The notes: a model not told the origin generated them from the sequence alone. A stretch of DNA of 64,000 bases from an uncultured Sphingomonadales bacterium (GCA_964590595.1 CAZPXQ010000009.1:5536-69535); one strand, 5' to 3'. Positions 29,924 through 40,836 are shown, counted from the stretch's first letter. Numbers and translations: made by a program.

Positions 29924-30916
29924 GTGTCTGTTACACAATTATGTCGGCCCAGACGGCATTTCTTCATCATCTATAATCCGATTGCTGGGCGCCGCCGCAC
30001 AGACCGGTTGCGCGCGGTGGTTCAGGCCTTGCGTCAGCAGGGCGCCGACGTGACGGTGACGCCGACGCGCGCGCCCGGTCATGCCAGCACTTTGGCATGC
30101 GCCTTGTGGGACGGTGAGGACGCCGCCCATCCCGACACAGATGTGGTGGTGGCGGCGGGCGGCGATGGCACCATCAGCGAGGTCGCGGCGGGACTGGTCG
30201 GCAGCGAATTAACCTTGGGCATCATCCCCTTGGGCACCGCCAATGTATTGGCGCAGGACCTTGATTTGCTGAACGGTGGGTGGCGGGCGCCGCGGATCGC
30301 GAGGCAATTGATGCGCGGTGTTGCGCGCGACGCCTATTTGGGTCGGGTGCGTCAGTCCGATGGTGGCATGCGCGCATTTGTGATGATGGCCGGCGCCGGC
30401 TTCGATGGCGCGGCGGTGCATGCGGTGAACCAGAAATTGAAACGTGCTGTCGGCCCGCTGGCCTATGGCTGGGCCGGCCTTGCCACCCTGGCGCGGGATG
30501 ATGGCGGACGGGTTGTGTTACGTACCCCGGACCGAGAAGTTGAGGCTGACTGGGTCGTCGTCACCAATGGTTGCCATTATGGCGGCGCTTATCGATTGGC
30601 GCCTGGCGCGTCGGTGTTTCAGCCCAGCCTGACCGCCATCGCCGTGACCTCGCGCGGGCGCTGGGGCATGGTGCAGCAGCTTTGGCGCCTCGGCCTTGGC
30701 CAGTTCGGCCCCAATCAAGGCGTAGAGCGGCTTGAAGGACGGCAATTCGAGCTGGAATCGCTAGACCAAAGGCCGGTTTGGCTACAATGCGATGGCGACG
30801 TCATTGGCCAGCTTCCGGTCAAAATCGACCTGTTTGAGCAAAGCCTGCGGCTAATTACCGCGGAATTAGTCGATTTTGCACCGGAAACCCCGAAAAAAAG
30901 CCCGCAGAAAGCTTGA
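29924..30916 (+). CDS. Diacylglycerol/lipid kinase family (YegS/DgkB-like)
   Basis: IYNPIAG, AGGDGT, PLGTANVLA, GAGFDG, CDGD; start codon uncertain. Confidence 0.87.
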   Translation: MSVTQLCRPRRHFFIIYNPIAGRRRTDRLRAVVQALRQQGADVTVTPTRAPGHASTLACALWDGEDAAHPDTDVVVAAGGDGTISEVAAGLVGSELTLGIIPLGTANVLAQDLDLLNGGWRAPRIARQLMRGVARDAYLGRVRQSDGGMRAFVMMAGAGFDGAAVHAVNQKLKRAVGPLAYGWAGLATLARDDGGRVVLRTPDREVEADWVVVTNGCHYGGAYRLAPGASVFQPSLTAIAVTSRGRWGMVQQLWRLGLGQFGPNQGVERLEGRQFELESLDQRPVWLQCDGDVIGQLPVKIDLFEQSLRLITAELVDFAPETPKKSPQKA

Positions 30917-30989
30917 CTGTGACATCCCAGGCACAGAAAAAAATACAGAAGACTATTGAAAATTCTGCCCAAAGGCGTATCTCTGATGT

Positions 30990-31090
30990 GGGTCGGCTGT
31001 GAAGCGATTTCCAGCCAACCTTGCCCTTCGTGGGCGTTTCCTCCCTGAAACTGGGCCACTTCGGGCTTTCTCGAAGTGGTCTTTTTTTTT
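30990..31090 (+). ncRNA. mmgR: alpha-r8 / suhB / MmgR-family small RNA
   Basis: TTTCCTCCCT decamer at 31037-31046 between hairpins, strong terminator, convergent with N-formylglutamate amidohydrolase next to cpdR; 5' end approximate. Confidence 0.78.
31054..31090 (+). terminator. Intrinsic terminator of the sRNA
   Basis: GGCCACTTCGGG-loop-CTCGAAGTGGTC followed by T9. Confidence 0.88.
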
Positions 31091-31109
31091 GGCGAGGTGA
31101 CGACGCGTT

Positions 31110-32027
31110 TTATTCCGCCGCCAGGGGTGTGGCGCGGGGGCCTTCCGCGGCGAGGGGAAGGGCGCTGATGGCGGGCACGAAGCGCTCGATGAAGCGTCTG
31201 AGTACCTTGGCCAGGCTTTCAAAGCCGCGATGTTTTTCAATCCGCATTTCGTCCATGTATAGCCCACGGGCGATTTCGATTTGTAGCGCATGCAAGCCGG
31301 CTTGCGGTTGACCGTAGCGGCGGGTGGTGTAGCCGCCGGCATAGGGATCGTTATGAGCCACCGTCAAGCCCAGATCCCGCAACAGGCTGTCGGCCAGACG
31401 GAAAACGCGGGGGTCGCAACTGCCGCCAAAGCGGTTGCCCAGCACGATGTCGGGGGTTGGCCGGGCAAAGCCGGCGCCGCGTTCCAGCGCCAGCGACGGC
31501 ATTGAATGGCAATCGATTAGCACTGCGAAACCGTGGTGCGCATTGGCCTGTTCAAGCCGCCCGCACAAGGCGTCGTGATAAGGGCGGTGAATGGCCTTGA
31601 TCCGCGCCATCGCCGCTTCCAGGCACAGCGGCTGGTCATAGATTTCCAGGCCAGCGCCCACCGTGCGGGGAATCGTCCCCAAGCCGCCCGCCACCCGCTC
31701 CGACGCGGTCTCGGCATAATCCGGCAACGGGCGGTCGAACATCGCCGGGTCCAGCTCATAGGGGCCGCGATTGGGGTCAAGATAGGCGCGGGGATAAACC
31801 GCCTTGATCAAGGGCGCCCCGGTGGCGGGCGCATGGGCGAATAATTCATCGACAAAGCTGTCTTCCGAACGCCGCAGCATTTGCAGGCCCAAGCGGGCCC
31901 GCGCCAGGAAGGCCGGCGGATAATGGCGGCCGCTATGCGGCGAGGCGAACACGCAGGCGCTCAGCGGTCCGTGCGGCTCGTCAACCCGAAATGCAGGGGC
32001 CGAGGGCGGGAGTTCGTCTTCAGACAT
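31110..32027 (-). CDS. N-formylglutamate amidohydrolase family protein
   Basis: ASPHSGRHYP, SEDSFVD, RAYLDPNR, DCHSMPS, PYAGGY, LQIEI. Confidence 0.92.
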   Translation of the reverse strand: MSEDELPPSAPAFRVDEPHGPLSACVFASPHSGRHYPPAFLARARLGLQMLRRSEDSFVDELFAHAPATGAPLIKAVYPRAYLDPNRGPYELDPAMFDRPLPDYAETASERVAGGLGTIPRTVGAGLEIYDQPLCLEAAMARIKAIHRPYHDALCGRLEQANAHHGFAVLIDCHSMPSLALERGAGFARPTPDIVLGNRFGGSCDPRVFRLADSLLRDLGLTVAHNDPYAGGYTTRRYGQPQAGLHALQIEIARGLYMDEMRIEKHRGFESLAKVLRRFIERFVPAISALPLAAEGPRATPLAAE

Positions 32028-32165
32028 GCCGCAACATCCAATCGATCATCGGGGATTTAAGGTATTTTAAGGCGGTTCATGGGAAAGAACAGGGTGTTTT
32101 GACGACCAAGCCTGCTATTTTGCCCGCGCGGGCAGCAGAGAGCGGGAGCGGTTGAGAGGGAGGCG

Positions 32166-32525
32166 ATGGCAAAAATCCTGCTAGCCGAAGACGACGATTC
32201 GATGCGCTTGTTCCTGGGCCGGGCGCTGGAGCGCGCTGGCCATGAGGTGGCGACGGTGGATCGTGGCACCAAGGCGTTGCCGCTGATTGCCGGCGGCGAC
32301 TATGATCTGCTGTTGACCGACATCGTGATGCCGGAGATGGACGGCATCGAATTGGCCCAACGCGCTGCCGGCCTGGCGCCGAAAATGCGGGTGATGTTCA
32401 TCACCGGCTTTGCCGCCGTGGCCTTGAACCGCCGCAATGAGGCGCCGGAAAACGCCAAGGTGCTGTCAAAGCCCTTCCATCTGCGCGATCTGGTCGGCGA
32501 GATCGAAAGGCTGTTCGCGGCCTAA
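32166..32525 (+). CDS. cpdR: Single-domain response regulator CpdR
   Basis: [47 protein letters not shown]. Confidence 0.95.
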   Translation: MAKILLAEDDDSMRLFLGRALERAGHEVATVDRGTKALPLIAGGDYDLLLTDIVMPEMDGIELAQRAAGLAPKMRVMFITGFAAVALNRRNEAPENAKVLSKPFHLRDLVGEIERLFAA

Positions 32526-33208
32526 TCCAAGCCAGGGCTGACGTCGGCAATCGCCCTATTCAGTTCACGCACCGCCGCGGCGGGGCCTTCGGGATGATCC
32601 CAAACGGCGGATGAAACGGCCAGCATGTCGGCGCCGGCCTTGACCAGGTCGCCGCAATTGGCCGCCGTGATGCCGCCAATGGCAACACAGGGCAGTTCCG
32701 ACAATGCTGACCACCAGCGCAAGATTTCAGGCTCCGCGCGGGTTTTGGCCGCCTTGGTGTTGGTCGGGAAAAATGCGCCGAAAGCGACATAATCGGCGCC
32801 GGCTTCCCCGGCCAGCATGGCCAGGTGCCTGCTGTCATGGCAAGTCACGCCAATGGCCTTGTCAAATCCCAGCAATTCGCGTGCGGCGCCGACATCGCCA
32901 TCTTCTTGGCCCAGATGCACTGCGTCGGCATCGACCTTGGCGGCGATATCGGCGCGGTCATTGATCACCAGCGCCACATCTTCGGCGTCCAATATCGGTT
33001 TGACCGCTTTTGCGGCGGCGATGATGGTGCCGTCGTCAGCGCCCTTGAGGCGGAGCTGAAAACAGGCGACAGCCCCACCGCTGAGCGCCTGTCGTAATCG
33101 CGGCATAAAGTCGTCCAGCACGATGGACGGTGGCGAAATCAGATACAGCGCGCAGGGGTCGCGCGGCTCGCGACCGAATTCAGCAATATCGTGGCCGTCC
33201 TCGGTCAA
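32522..33208 (-). CDS. thiE: Thiamine-phosphate synthase
   Basis: [41 protein letters not shown]. Confidence 0.92.
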   Translation of the reverse strand: MTEDGHDIAEFGREPRDPCALYLISPPSIVLDDFMPRLRQALSGGAVACFQLRLKGADDGTIIAAAKAVKPILDAEDVALVINDRADIAAKVDADAVHLGQEDGDVGAARELLGFDKAIGVTCHDSRHLAMLAGEAGADYVAFGAFFPTNTKAAKTRAEPEILRWWSALSELPCVAIGGITAANCGDLVKAGADMLAVSSAVWDHPEGPAAAVRELNRAIADVSPGLD

Positions 33209-33714
33209 GGCGCGCTAGGCTCCGGCGCTGCCGCAAACAGCCGGTTCAGGCAGTCAACGATCAATTCCGAGGCCATGTCCTCGATGGTGATCGCATCGAG
33301 CTTGGGAAAGGCGCGCACCGTCTGCTCGCAACGGCTGGCGCGGCCGCTGCTGGCATCGGCCAGCGCGATTTCCATGCGGAAGTCGTCGCCAAAGTTTTTG
33401 TCGCGGTGGCTGGCGCGCAATTGCTCCAGGCGGACCTCATGCGGCATGGCGGCGCCAGCGCCGGCGTTCCAGAATTCGGCCACCCGGTCGAGGAAATCCC
33501 CGGCCAGGCGGATTTCCGAGCCGGGCTTGCCGGGCGCGCGCAGGCCGATCAAGGTATCGGCGCGGGCATCGGTCAAATGAATCGGCGCTTGTCGCGCGGC
33601 AATTGGCGCTGGCTGCTCAAAATTCAGATTGAGCGGCGCATCCGACGCGCACGCCGCCAGCAGCAAGACCGCCGCCAAGCCAAAACCGTTTTTCCAACCC
33701 TTGATGATCTGCAT
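33205..33714 (-). CDS. Hypothetical lipoprotein
   Basis: Lipobox LLLAAC; starts immediately after the fbaB stop and overlaps the thiE start. Confidence 0.7.
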   Translation of the reverse strand: MQIIKGWKNGFGLAAVLLLAACASDAPLNLNFEQPAPIAARQAPIHLTDARADTLIGLRAPGKPGSEIRLAGDFLDRVAEFWNAGAGAAMPHEVRLEQLRASHRDKNFGDDFRMEIALADASSGRASRCEQTVRAFPKLDAITIEDMASELIVDCLNRLFAAAPEPSAP

Positions 33715-34635
33715 TCAAGCCTTGCCCTGATAAATGCGGACGATCTGATCCAGCAGCGCCAATGCGTCCTCGCGCGAGCGTTGGAAGCTGTTGCGGCCGA
33801 TGATCGAACCATTGCCGCCGCCGTCGCGGATCGCACGGGCATCATCATAGACCGAATCGGCGCCTTTGGCCGCCCCGCCTGAGAACACCACCAAACGGCG
33901 GCTGTTGAACGCCGCCTGCATGACATGTGCCACCCGCGCCGCTTGGCTGGACAGGTCGATCTTCTGTTGTTCATAGACCTTTTTGGCGTCGGCCTGTTCG
34001 ATGTGGTCGGATGGCAGCTTGACCTTGATGATATGGGCGCCAATCAACGCCGCCATGTGCGCGGCATAGGCGCAAACGTCGATCGCGGTTTCGCCGTCTT
34101 TCGACAATTTGCCGCCGCGCGGATAGGACCACACCACGCTGGCGATGCCGACAGCCTTGGCTTCCGCCGCCATTTCGCGGATTTCCTCGACCATTTCATT
34201 AAAATATTCCGAGCCCGGATAGACGGTGAAACCGATCGCCGCGCAGCCCAAGCGCAACGCGTCATCGACCGTGGCGGTGATTGCCTGGTCTTTTTCGCTG
34301 GCCCAGCTATTGGCGGAATTCACCTTCAAGATCAGCGGGATCTGGCCCGCGATGCGGTCGGCCACGGCTTCGACCATGCCGAGGGGTGTGGCATAGGCAT
34401 TGAGGCCGGCATCGATCGCCAATTGCGGATGATACATCGGATCATAACCCGCCGGATTGGGCGCGAAACTGCGCGCGGGGCCGTGTTCAAAGCCCTGATC
34501 GACCGGCAAAATCACCATCTTGCCGGTGCCGGCCAGCCGGCCGGTTGACAGGATGCGCGCCAAATTGGCTTTGACGCCGGGATTGTCGCTTTCATACCAA
34601 GACAGAATGTCGCGAACGCGTTTGGTGACTTTCAT
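33715..34635 (-). CDS. fbaB: Class I fructose-bisphosphate aldolase (DhnA type)
   Basis: ILPVDQGFEHGP, WSYPRG, IIKVK, SIIGRNSFQR. Confidence 0.94.
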   Translation of the reverse strand: MKVTKRVRDILSWYESDNPGVKANLARILSTGRLAGTGKMVILPVDQGFEHGPARSFAPNPAGYDPMYHPQLAIDAGLNAYATPLGMVEAVADRIAGQIPLILKVNSANSWASEKDQAITATVDDALRLGCAAIGFTVYPGSEYFNEMVEEIREMAAEAKAVGIASVVWSYPRGGKLSKDGETAIDVCAYAAHMAALIGAHIIKVKLPSDHIEQADAKKVYEQQKIDLSSQAARVAHVMQAAFNSRRLVVFSGGAAKGADSVYDDARAIRDGGGNGSIIGRNSFQRSREDALALLDQIVRIYQGKA

Positions 34636-34723
34636 GGCTTCCCCCACCCGAAAATAGACTCAGAACACAAAATTGCAGGTTTGATAGCCTAAGCCGGGCA
34701 TGCCCGCAACGCCGGCATGCGCG

Positions 34724-35131
34724 TCATCGCGTCTCGGGCGGGCCTTTCAGTTCCACGACATTGCCTTCGGGGTCGGTCACATAAAGCGAGGGGCCAAAGC
34801 CCTGGGCGCCATAGCGCCGCGCGACCGGGTCGATATGTTGCGCCAGGGGGCTTAGCCGGCGGATCAGCGCCTCAGCGTCGAAGGGCGAAACAGCCAGGCA
34901 AAAATGGTCCAGGTTGCGGCCTTCCGCGCCGGCGGGCGCGCCGCCTGCCTGACCCAGCGGACCATCGACGGTGACCAGGTCGATCAATTGCGCGCCGGCG
35001 CGCAATTGATAGAGGCCCAGATCCTCCAATACCCGTTCCAGCGGACAGCCCAGGCCGTCGCGGTAAAAACGCAGCATCAGGTCCAGGTCGCGCACCCGCA
35101 GCACGATATGATCCAGGCCGGTAATGGTCAT
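34724..35131 (-). CDS. VOC/glyoxalase family protein
   Basis: LDHIVLRV, FY...LG, DHFCL, DPEGNVVELK. Confidence 0.9.
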   Translation of the reverse strand: MTITGLDHIVLRVRDLDLMLRFYRDGLGCPLERVLEDLGLYQLRAGAQLIDLVTVDGPLGQAGGAPAGAEGRNLDHFCLAVSPFDAEALIRRLSPLAQHIDPVARRYGAQGFGPSLYVTDPEGNVVELKGPPETR

Positions 35132-35150
35132 GACCCAGCCAGCTTAACGG

Positions 35151-36353
35151 TTAATCCGGGCGCCGCAAGGCCTCGACACCGGGCAAGGCCTTGCCTTCCA
35201 TCCATTCTAGAAAGGCGCCGCCAGCGGTGGAGATGAAGCTGAAATCGCCCGCCACGCCGGCATGGTTGAGTGCGGCCACGGTGTCACCGCCGCCGGCCAC
35301 CGACAGCAGCGTCCCATCCTTGGTCAGCGCGGCGGCGATGCGGGCCAGCGCCACCGTTGCCGAATCGAAGGGCGGCAATTCAAACGCGCCCATGGGGCCG
35401 TTCCAGACCAAGGTTTGGCAAGTTTTGAGCGCGTCGCCCAGGGCCTCGACCGCGGCAGGGCCGATGTCCAGGATCATGTCGTCCTCGGCCACGTCATGGA
35501 CATTGACGGTCAAATGCGGCGCGCCGGCCTTGAATTCCTTGGCGACGACCACGTCATAAGGCAGGTGCACCGTCGCGCCGGCCTTGTCGGCGGCGGCCAA
35601 AATCGCGCGGGCGGTGTCGGCCAGGTCATGCTCGCATAGCGATTTGCCGACATTGACACCCTTGGCGGCCAAAAATGTATTGGCCATGCCACCGCCGATG
35701 ATCAGATGATCGACCTTGGCGACCAGATTTTCCAGCACCGCCAATTTTGACGACACCTTGGCGCCACCGACCACCGCCGCCACCGGGCGCTTGGGCGTGC
35801 CCAGGGCGGCGTCCAGAGCCTTCAATTCGGCTTCCATGGTGCGACCGGCATAAGCTGGCAGCCGATGCGCCAAGCCTTCGGTCGACACATGCGCGCGGTG
35901 GGCGGCGGAAAAGGCGTCATTGACATAAATGTCGCCCAGCCTGGCCATGGCGTCGGCCAGTGCGGCATCGTTCTTTTCCTCGCCCGCTTCAAAGCGGGTG
36001 TTTTCCAGCACCGCGACCTGACCAGGTTCAAGTCGGGCGACTGCGGCCTCGGCGCCGGCGCCATGATTTTGGTCGATGAAGGCGACGGGGCGATTGAGCA
36101 GGCTGCCCAGCGCGTCGGCGACTGGGGCCAGCGACATGCCGGCCACCCGCTGGCCCTTGGGCCGGCCGAAATGCGCCAGGCACAAAACCACCGCGCCCTT
36201 GGCGGTCAACGTGTCGATGCTGGCGCGGGTGGCTTCCAACCGGGTGACATCGGTCACCCGGCCATCCTGCATCGGTACGTTTAAATCGACGCGCAACAGC
36301 ACCCGCTGGCCACGCACATCGTCCAAATCGTCAAGCGTGCGAAAATCACCCAT
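35151..36353 (-). CDS. pgk: Phosphoglycerate kinase
   Basis: [38 protein letters not shown]. Confidence 0.98.
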   Translation of the reverse strand: MGDFRTLDDLDDVRGQRVLLRVDLNVPMQDGRVTDVTRLEATRASIDTLTAKGAVVLCLAHFGRPKGQRVAGMSLAPVADALGSLLNRPVAFIDQNHGAGAEAAVARLEPGQVAVLENTRFEAGEEKNDAALADAMARLGDIYVNDAFSAAHRAHVSTEGLAHRLPAYAGRTMEAELKALDAALGTPKRPVAAVVGGAKVSSKLAVLENLVAKVDHLIIGGGMANTFLAAKGVNVGKSLCEHDLADTARAILAAADKAGATVHLPYDVVVAKEFKAGAPHLTVNVHDVAEDDMILDIGPAAVEALGDALKTCQTLVWNGPMGAFELPPFDSATVALARIAAALTKDGTLLSVAGGGDTVAALNHAGVAGDFSFISTAGGAFLEWMEGKALPGVEALRRPD

Positions 36354-36359
36354 GACGGC

Positions 36360-37367
36360 TTACAGGCCCGCCATCAGCACCGCGACATCGCTCATCCGAT
36401 TGGAGAAGCCCCATTCATTGTCATACCAGCTCATAACCCGCACCAAGCGCTTGTCGATCACCTGAGTCTGGCTGGCATCGAAGCTGGAGGAATGCGGATC
36501 GTGATTGAAGTCGATCGACACCAAGGGTTCGGTGACATAGCCAAGGATATTCTTCAGCGGCTTCTTCGCCGCCGCCTTGGCGATGGCCGCGTTGATTTCC
36601 TCAACCGAGGTATCCCGCTCGGCCACGAACTTAAGATCGACGACCGACACATTGGGCGTCGGCACGCGCACTGCGGAACCGTCCAGCTTGCCTTTCAGCG
36701 CCGGCAGCACCAAGCCAACCGCCTTGGCCGCACCGGTCGAGGTTGGGATCATCGACATCGCCGCCGCGCGCGCCCGGCGCTGGTCCTTATGGAATACGTC
36801 GAGGATTTTCTGGTCATTGGTATAGCTGTGAATGGTGGTCATATAGCCATGCTGAATGCCGACCGCATCGTGCAGCACCTTGGCGACTGGGGCCAGGCAA
36901 TTGGTGGTGCAGGAGGCATTGGAGACGATTTTGTGGCCGGCTTCCAACTGGTCGTGATTGACGCCGTAAACCACGGTCAAGTCAACATCGGTGCCGGGGG
37001 CGGAAATCAGCACTTTCTTGGCGCCGGCATCAAGATGCGCCTTGGCCTTGGGGCCGGAGGTGAAAAAGCCGGTGCATTCCAGCGCCACATCGACCTTCAA
37101 TTTTTTCCACGGCAGGGCGCTGGGGTCGCGCTCGGCCAGCACCTTGATTTCCTTGCCATTGACCACCATCGCGTTCTTGGTGGCTTCGACCTTGCCAGGG
37201 AACGGGCCATGCACGGAATCGCGTTTCAGCAGATAAGCGTTGGACTGGGCATCGCCAAGGTCGTTGATGGCGACCACTTCAATGTCCTTGCGCTTGGACT
37301 CGATGATGGCGCGCAAGACATTGCGACCGATGCGACCGAAACCGTTGATGGCAACCCGTACCGTCAT
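36360..37367 (-). CDS. gap: Glyceraldehyde-3-phosphate dehydrogenase
   Basis: [26 protein letters not shown]. Confidence 0.98.
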   Translation of the reverse strand: MTVRVAINGFGRIGRNVLRAIIESKRKDIEVVAINDLGDAQSNAYLLKRDSVHGPFPGKVEATKNAMVVNGKEIKVLAERDPSALPWKKLKVDVALECTGFFTSGPKAKAHLDAGAKKVLISAPGTDVDLTVVYGVNHDQLEAGHKIVSNASCTTNCLAPVAKVLHDAVGIQHGYMTTIHSYTNDQKILDVFHKDQRRARAAAMSMIPTSTGAAKAVGLVLPALKGKLDGSAVRVPTPNVSVVDLKFVAERDTSVEEINAAIAKAAAKKPLKNILGYVTEPLVSIDFNHDPHSSSFDASQTQVIDKRLVRVMSWYDNEWGFSNRMSDVAVLMAGL

Positions 37368-37406
37368 GACAGGAATTCCTTTCTGGGTCTGCGTTTCGCC
37401 GGCTTT

Positions 37407-39380
37407 TTATAGCCGCTTGCGGACTTCCGCAACCACCCTTTCGGGCGTCAAGCCGAAATGTGCGAACAAATCCTTGGCCGGGGCGGAGGCGCCATAGCTG
37501 TCGATGCCCAAGGTCAAGCCGTCGGCCCCGACATATTTTTGCCAGCCCAGGGTAACGCCGGCCTCGATCGACACTTTGAGGCCGTCGCCCAAAACCCGGC
37601 GGCGATAGGCGTCGGGCTGGGCGTCGAACAATTCCCAGCACGGCATCGACACCACTTGCGCCTTGACCCCGTCTTTAGCCAGAGCGTCTGCGGCATCGAC
37701 TGCGATCGCAACTTCCGAGCCAGTGGCCAACAACGTGACATCGGCCTTGCCGCGCACGTGCTTTAAAACATAACCGCCTTTGGCGCAGGCATTCTCGGCA
37801 CTGTCCTTCAGGCGCAATTGCGGCAGGCCCTGGCGGGTCAGCGCCAGCACGCTGGGGCCGGCGGTTCGGGCCAAGGCGAGCTGCCAGCATTCGGCGGTTT
37901 CGACCACATCGGCCGGGCGCAGCACCAGCATGTTGGGCATTGCTCGCAGACTCATCAAATGCTCGATCGGTTGATGCGTCGGTCCATCCTCGCCCAGACC
38001 GATGGAATCATGGGTCATCACATAGATCACGCGTTGCCGCATCAACGCCGACAGCCGCATCGCTGGCCGCGCATAATCGGCGAACACCAAAAAGGTGCCG
38101 CCATAGGGCAACACGCCGCCATGCAAGGCCATCCCGTTCATCGCCGCCGCCATGCCGAATTCGCGCACGCCATAATGAATATAACGGCCCTTGAAGTCGT
38201 TGGCGGTGATCGGCTGCAGCCCCTTGGTTTGGGTATTGTTCGAGCCGGTGAGGTCGGCCGAGCCGCCAACGGTTTCCGGCAGCGCGGCATTGATCACTTC
38301 CAACGCCATTTGCGAGGCCTTGCGGGTGGCCACTTTTTGCGGCTTCGCGATCAATTCGGCCTTATAGGCGGCCATCGCCTCGTCCAGCGCCTTGGGCAGC
38401 TTTTGGTCCAGCACTCGCTGGATTTCCCGGCGCCTTGCCGGGGCCAGGGCCTTGAAGCGCTTGTCCCAGGCCTTGCGGCTGCGTTCGCCGCGCTGGCCAA
38501 TCTTGCGCCAGGCTTGCAGGATCGGCGCCGGGATCCGGAACGGCGCATGGCGCCAACCCAAGCTTTCGCGCGCGGCGGCGATTTCATCTGCGCCCAAGGG
38601 CGCGCCATGCACGCCGGCGGTGCCTTGTTTGTTGGGCGCGCCAAAACCGATCACGGTGCGGCAGCCAATCAGCGACGGCTTGTTCTGGGCGCGGGCGTCT
38701 GCCAATGCCGCCTCGACCGCCTTGGGGTCGTGGCCGTCGACCGACACCACATGCCAGCCCGCCGCCTTGAACCGGCGTTCGATATTCTCCGAAGTCGCGA
38801 GGCCTGTGTCGCCGTCGATGGAAATATGATTGTCGTCCCACAACACCAGCAGCTTGGACAGGCCCAAATGGCCGGCCAAGCCGATTGCCTCGTGGCTGAC
38901 GCCTTCCATCAAGCAGCCGTCGCCGGCAATCACATAGGTATAATGATCACACAGCCGCTTACCCAGGCGCACGGCTTGCAATTGTTCGGCGATCGCCATG
39001 CCGACCGCCATTGCCAGGCCTTGGCCCAACGGACCCGTGGTGGTCTCGACGCCCGGCAACTCACCAAATTCCGGATGCCCGGCGCACGGGCTGTGAAGCT
39101 GCCGGAAATTGCGAATGTCCTTCATTGTCGGGCGCTTATAACCGGTCAAGTGAAGCAACGCATAAAGCAGCATCGAGCCATGCCCCGCCGACAGCACGAA
39201 GCGATCGCGGTCAGGCCAATCAGGGGCTTTGGGGTCGAATTTGAGAAATTTGCTGAACAGTACCGTGGCGGCGTCGGCCATGCCCATTGGCATGCCCGGA
39301 TGGCCTGAATTGGCGGCTTCCACGGCGTCCATGGCCAAGGCGCGAATGGCGTTGGCAAGGTCTTGATGAGATACTGACAT
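37407..39380 (-). CDS. tkt: Transketolase
   Basis: [41 protein letters not shown]. Confidence 0.98.
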   Translation of the reverse strand: MSVSHQDLANAIRALAMDAVEAANSGHPGMPMGMADAATVLFSKFLKFDPKAPDWPDRDRFVLSAGHGSMLLYALLHLTGYKRPTMKDIRNFRQLHSPCAGHPEFGELPGVETTTGPLGQGLAMAVGMAIAEQLQAVRLGKRLCDHYTYVIAGDGCLMEGVSHEAIGLAGHLGLSKLLVLWDDNHISIDGDTGLATSENIERRFKAAGWHVVSVDGHDPKAVEAALADARAQNKPSLIGCRTVIGFGAPNKQGTAGVHGAPLGADEIAAARESLGWRHAPFRIPAPILQAWRKIGQRGERSRKAWDKRFKALAPARRREIQRVLDQKLPKALDEAMAAYKAELIAKPQKVATRKASQMALEVINAALPETVGGSADLTGSNNTQTKGLQPITANDFKGRYIHYGVREFGMAAAMNGMALHGGVLPYGGTFLVFADYARPAMRLSALMRQRVIYVMTHDSIGLGEDGPTHQPIEHLMSLRAMPNMLVLRPADVVETAECWQLALARTAGPSVLALTRQGLPQLRLKDSAENACAKGGYVLKHVRGKADVTLLATGSEVAIAVDAADALAKDGVKAQVVSMPCWELFDAQPDAYRRRVLGDGLKVSIEAGVTLGWQKYVGADGLTLGIDSYGASAPAKDLFAHFGLTPERVVAEVRKRL

Positions 39381-39547
39381 CTGCGTTGCTTCCCCCGCTT
39401 TTTTGGGTCGTGCCGACGGGGACCAGCCGGATGGCGTGCCCCACAGGCGCGGCAACATGGCGGGCGTTGGCCGATCCGTCAACAAATCCGCCGGCATCGT
39501 TGCCGGCATCTTCGGTCGTCGCGCATTGTAACCGCAAGCCTTGACGG

Positions 39548-39576
39548 TTGACGATGACGCGTGATGTCAGTCTAAT
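39548..39576 (+). promoter_or_regulatory. Sigma-70-type promoter candidate
   Basis: TTGACG-N17-TCTAAT upstream of 39612. Confidence 0.5.
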
Positions 39577-39611
39577 AGCGTCAAACTGTTCAAGTATCGC
39601 ATGAGTTTTTC

Positions 39612-40259
39612 ATGGCAACCGCATCAAATTCAGGCCCATCCGGCGTGGCCGCAGATCGATCCACACAGCCTGAGGCCGGCCAGGGCCAGCCGCTGATGTC
39701 GGCGCAGGCGCGGCTTGATTCGGCGTTGACCCGGCTGCGCGACGCGGTCGAGCGCGCCGCCCTTGAACCCCATGCCGATGGCGACTCGGAGGGGCCGGCG
39801 GATGCCGACGCGGCATCGGACCTGCAGTCGCTGCAAGCCGCCTATGATGCGCTGCGGTCCGAGCATGACCGGCTGTTGGCGCAGCGCGATGCCGATTTGG
39901 CTCATAATGGCGGCGAGGCGTCGGAACATGCGGCGCGGCTACTGCGCGAACTGAGTGCTGCGCGCAGTGCGCACCAGGACCTGGAACGGGCCTATGACGT
40001 CTTGCAGCAGGACTTGGTCGCCTTGCGTGGCGGTGGCCAAGCCAATGCCAAGGCCCAGGACGAAAACACGGCGGCGGTCGCCCAGGCGCGGGCAGAGCTG
40101 GCGCAGCTGCAGGAGCAGCGCGCGCAGGTCGCGCGCGATCTGGATACCGAGCGGGCGGAGTTGGCGCGCCTGGCCGCCATTCGCGATGAAGTGGCGCGGC
40201 GGTTGGAAAATGTGATCGCGCAATTGGAAGCGCTGTCTGGTCACCGGGCTGGAGGATAG
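39612..40259 (+). CDS. Coiled-coil protein upstream of zapA (ZauP/DUF4164-like)
   Basis: Heptad-rich; RLDSALTRL and RLENVIAQL ends; position between tkt and zapA. Confidence 0.7.
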   Translation: MATASNSGPSGVAADRSTQPEAGQGQPLMSAQARLDSALTRLRDAVERAALEPHADGDSEGPADADAASDLQSLQAAYDALRSEHDRLLAQRDADLAHNGGEASEHAARLLRELSAARSAHQDLERAYDVLQQDLVALRGGGQANAKAQDENTAAVAQARAELAQLQEQRAQVARDLDTERAELARLAAIRDEVARRLENVIAQLEALSGHRAGG

Positions 40260-40262
40260 CCA

Positions 40263-40640
40263 ATGGCCCAAGTCACGGTCGATATCGGTGGCTATGCCTA
40301 TAAGCTGGCCTGTCGTGACGGCGAGGAAGAACGCCTGCACCGGTTGGCGGGCTATTTGAACGACAAGGTCGCGGAATTGACCCAGGCGCTGGGCCAGGTG
40401 GCGGAAGGCCGGATGTTGTTGATGGCCGCCTTGATGGTGACCGATGAATTGTTCGAGGCGCGTGAAGGTACTGCGGCGGGCGGTGGCACCGCCATGGCCG
40501 CCACCGCGCCGGCGGTTGGCGCCGCGGCCGATGGGCAGACTGAGCGGCTGATGCACGAAGCGGCGGCGTTTTTGGACCAGGCTGCTGACCGTGCCGAGGC
40601 CTTGATCGAGGCCCTTGAGACCCGGCTGCAAAATGCTTAG
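40263..40640 (+). CDS. zapA: Cell division protein ZapA
   Basis: MAQVTVDIGG..YKLACRDGEEERL, RMLLMAALMVTDEL. Confidence 0.93.
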   Translation: MAQVTVDIGGYAYKLACRDGEEERLHRLAGYLNDKVAELTQALGQVAEGRMLLMAALMVTDELFEAREGTAAGGGTAMAATAPAVGAAADGQTERLMHEAAAFLDQAADRAEALIEALETRLQNA

Positions 40641-40648
40641 ATATGGAT

Positions 40649-40809
40649 GCGACGGGTGCTGCCCCTCGCGTGTGACGCTTTATCCCTGAGGCGATACATT
40701 CCTCTTTGGGAGCTGTCCCTGCCCGGATCGTGGTCCGAGGCACACGGCGCCCACCTGACTTGTCAGGCGTCAGAGGATAGAAAAGTCCACGGCTGGGTGG
40801 GCCCGTCGC
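40649..40809 (+). ncRNA. ssrS: 6S RNA
   Basis: About 160-nt rod: 5' GCGACGGG pairs with 3' CCCGTCGC; core GGGAGCTGTCCCTG...CGGCGCCCACC; zapA-ygfA synteny. Confidence 0.9.
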
Positions 40810-40836
40810 CCATCCAAGCGCAGCAATCGGGAGCGC

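Noticed and set aside
34722..34740. Further CGTC REP (CGTCATCGCG)
   Set aside because: Matches only 10 nt, lacks the GAG-hairpin-TCCA body, and coincides with the VOC gene stop codon.
37818..39308. 496-aa antisense ORF over tkt (also 58683-60209 over serA, 61802-62998, 16568-17740, 28911-30053)
   Set aside because: Shadow ORFs caused by high-GC codon bias; no recognisable motifs.
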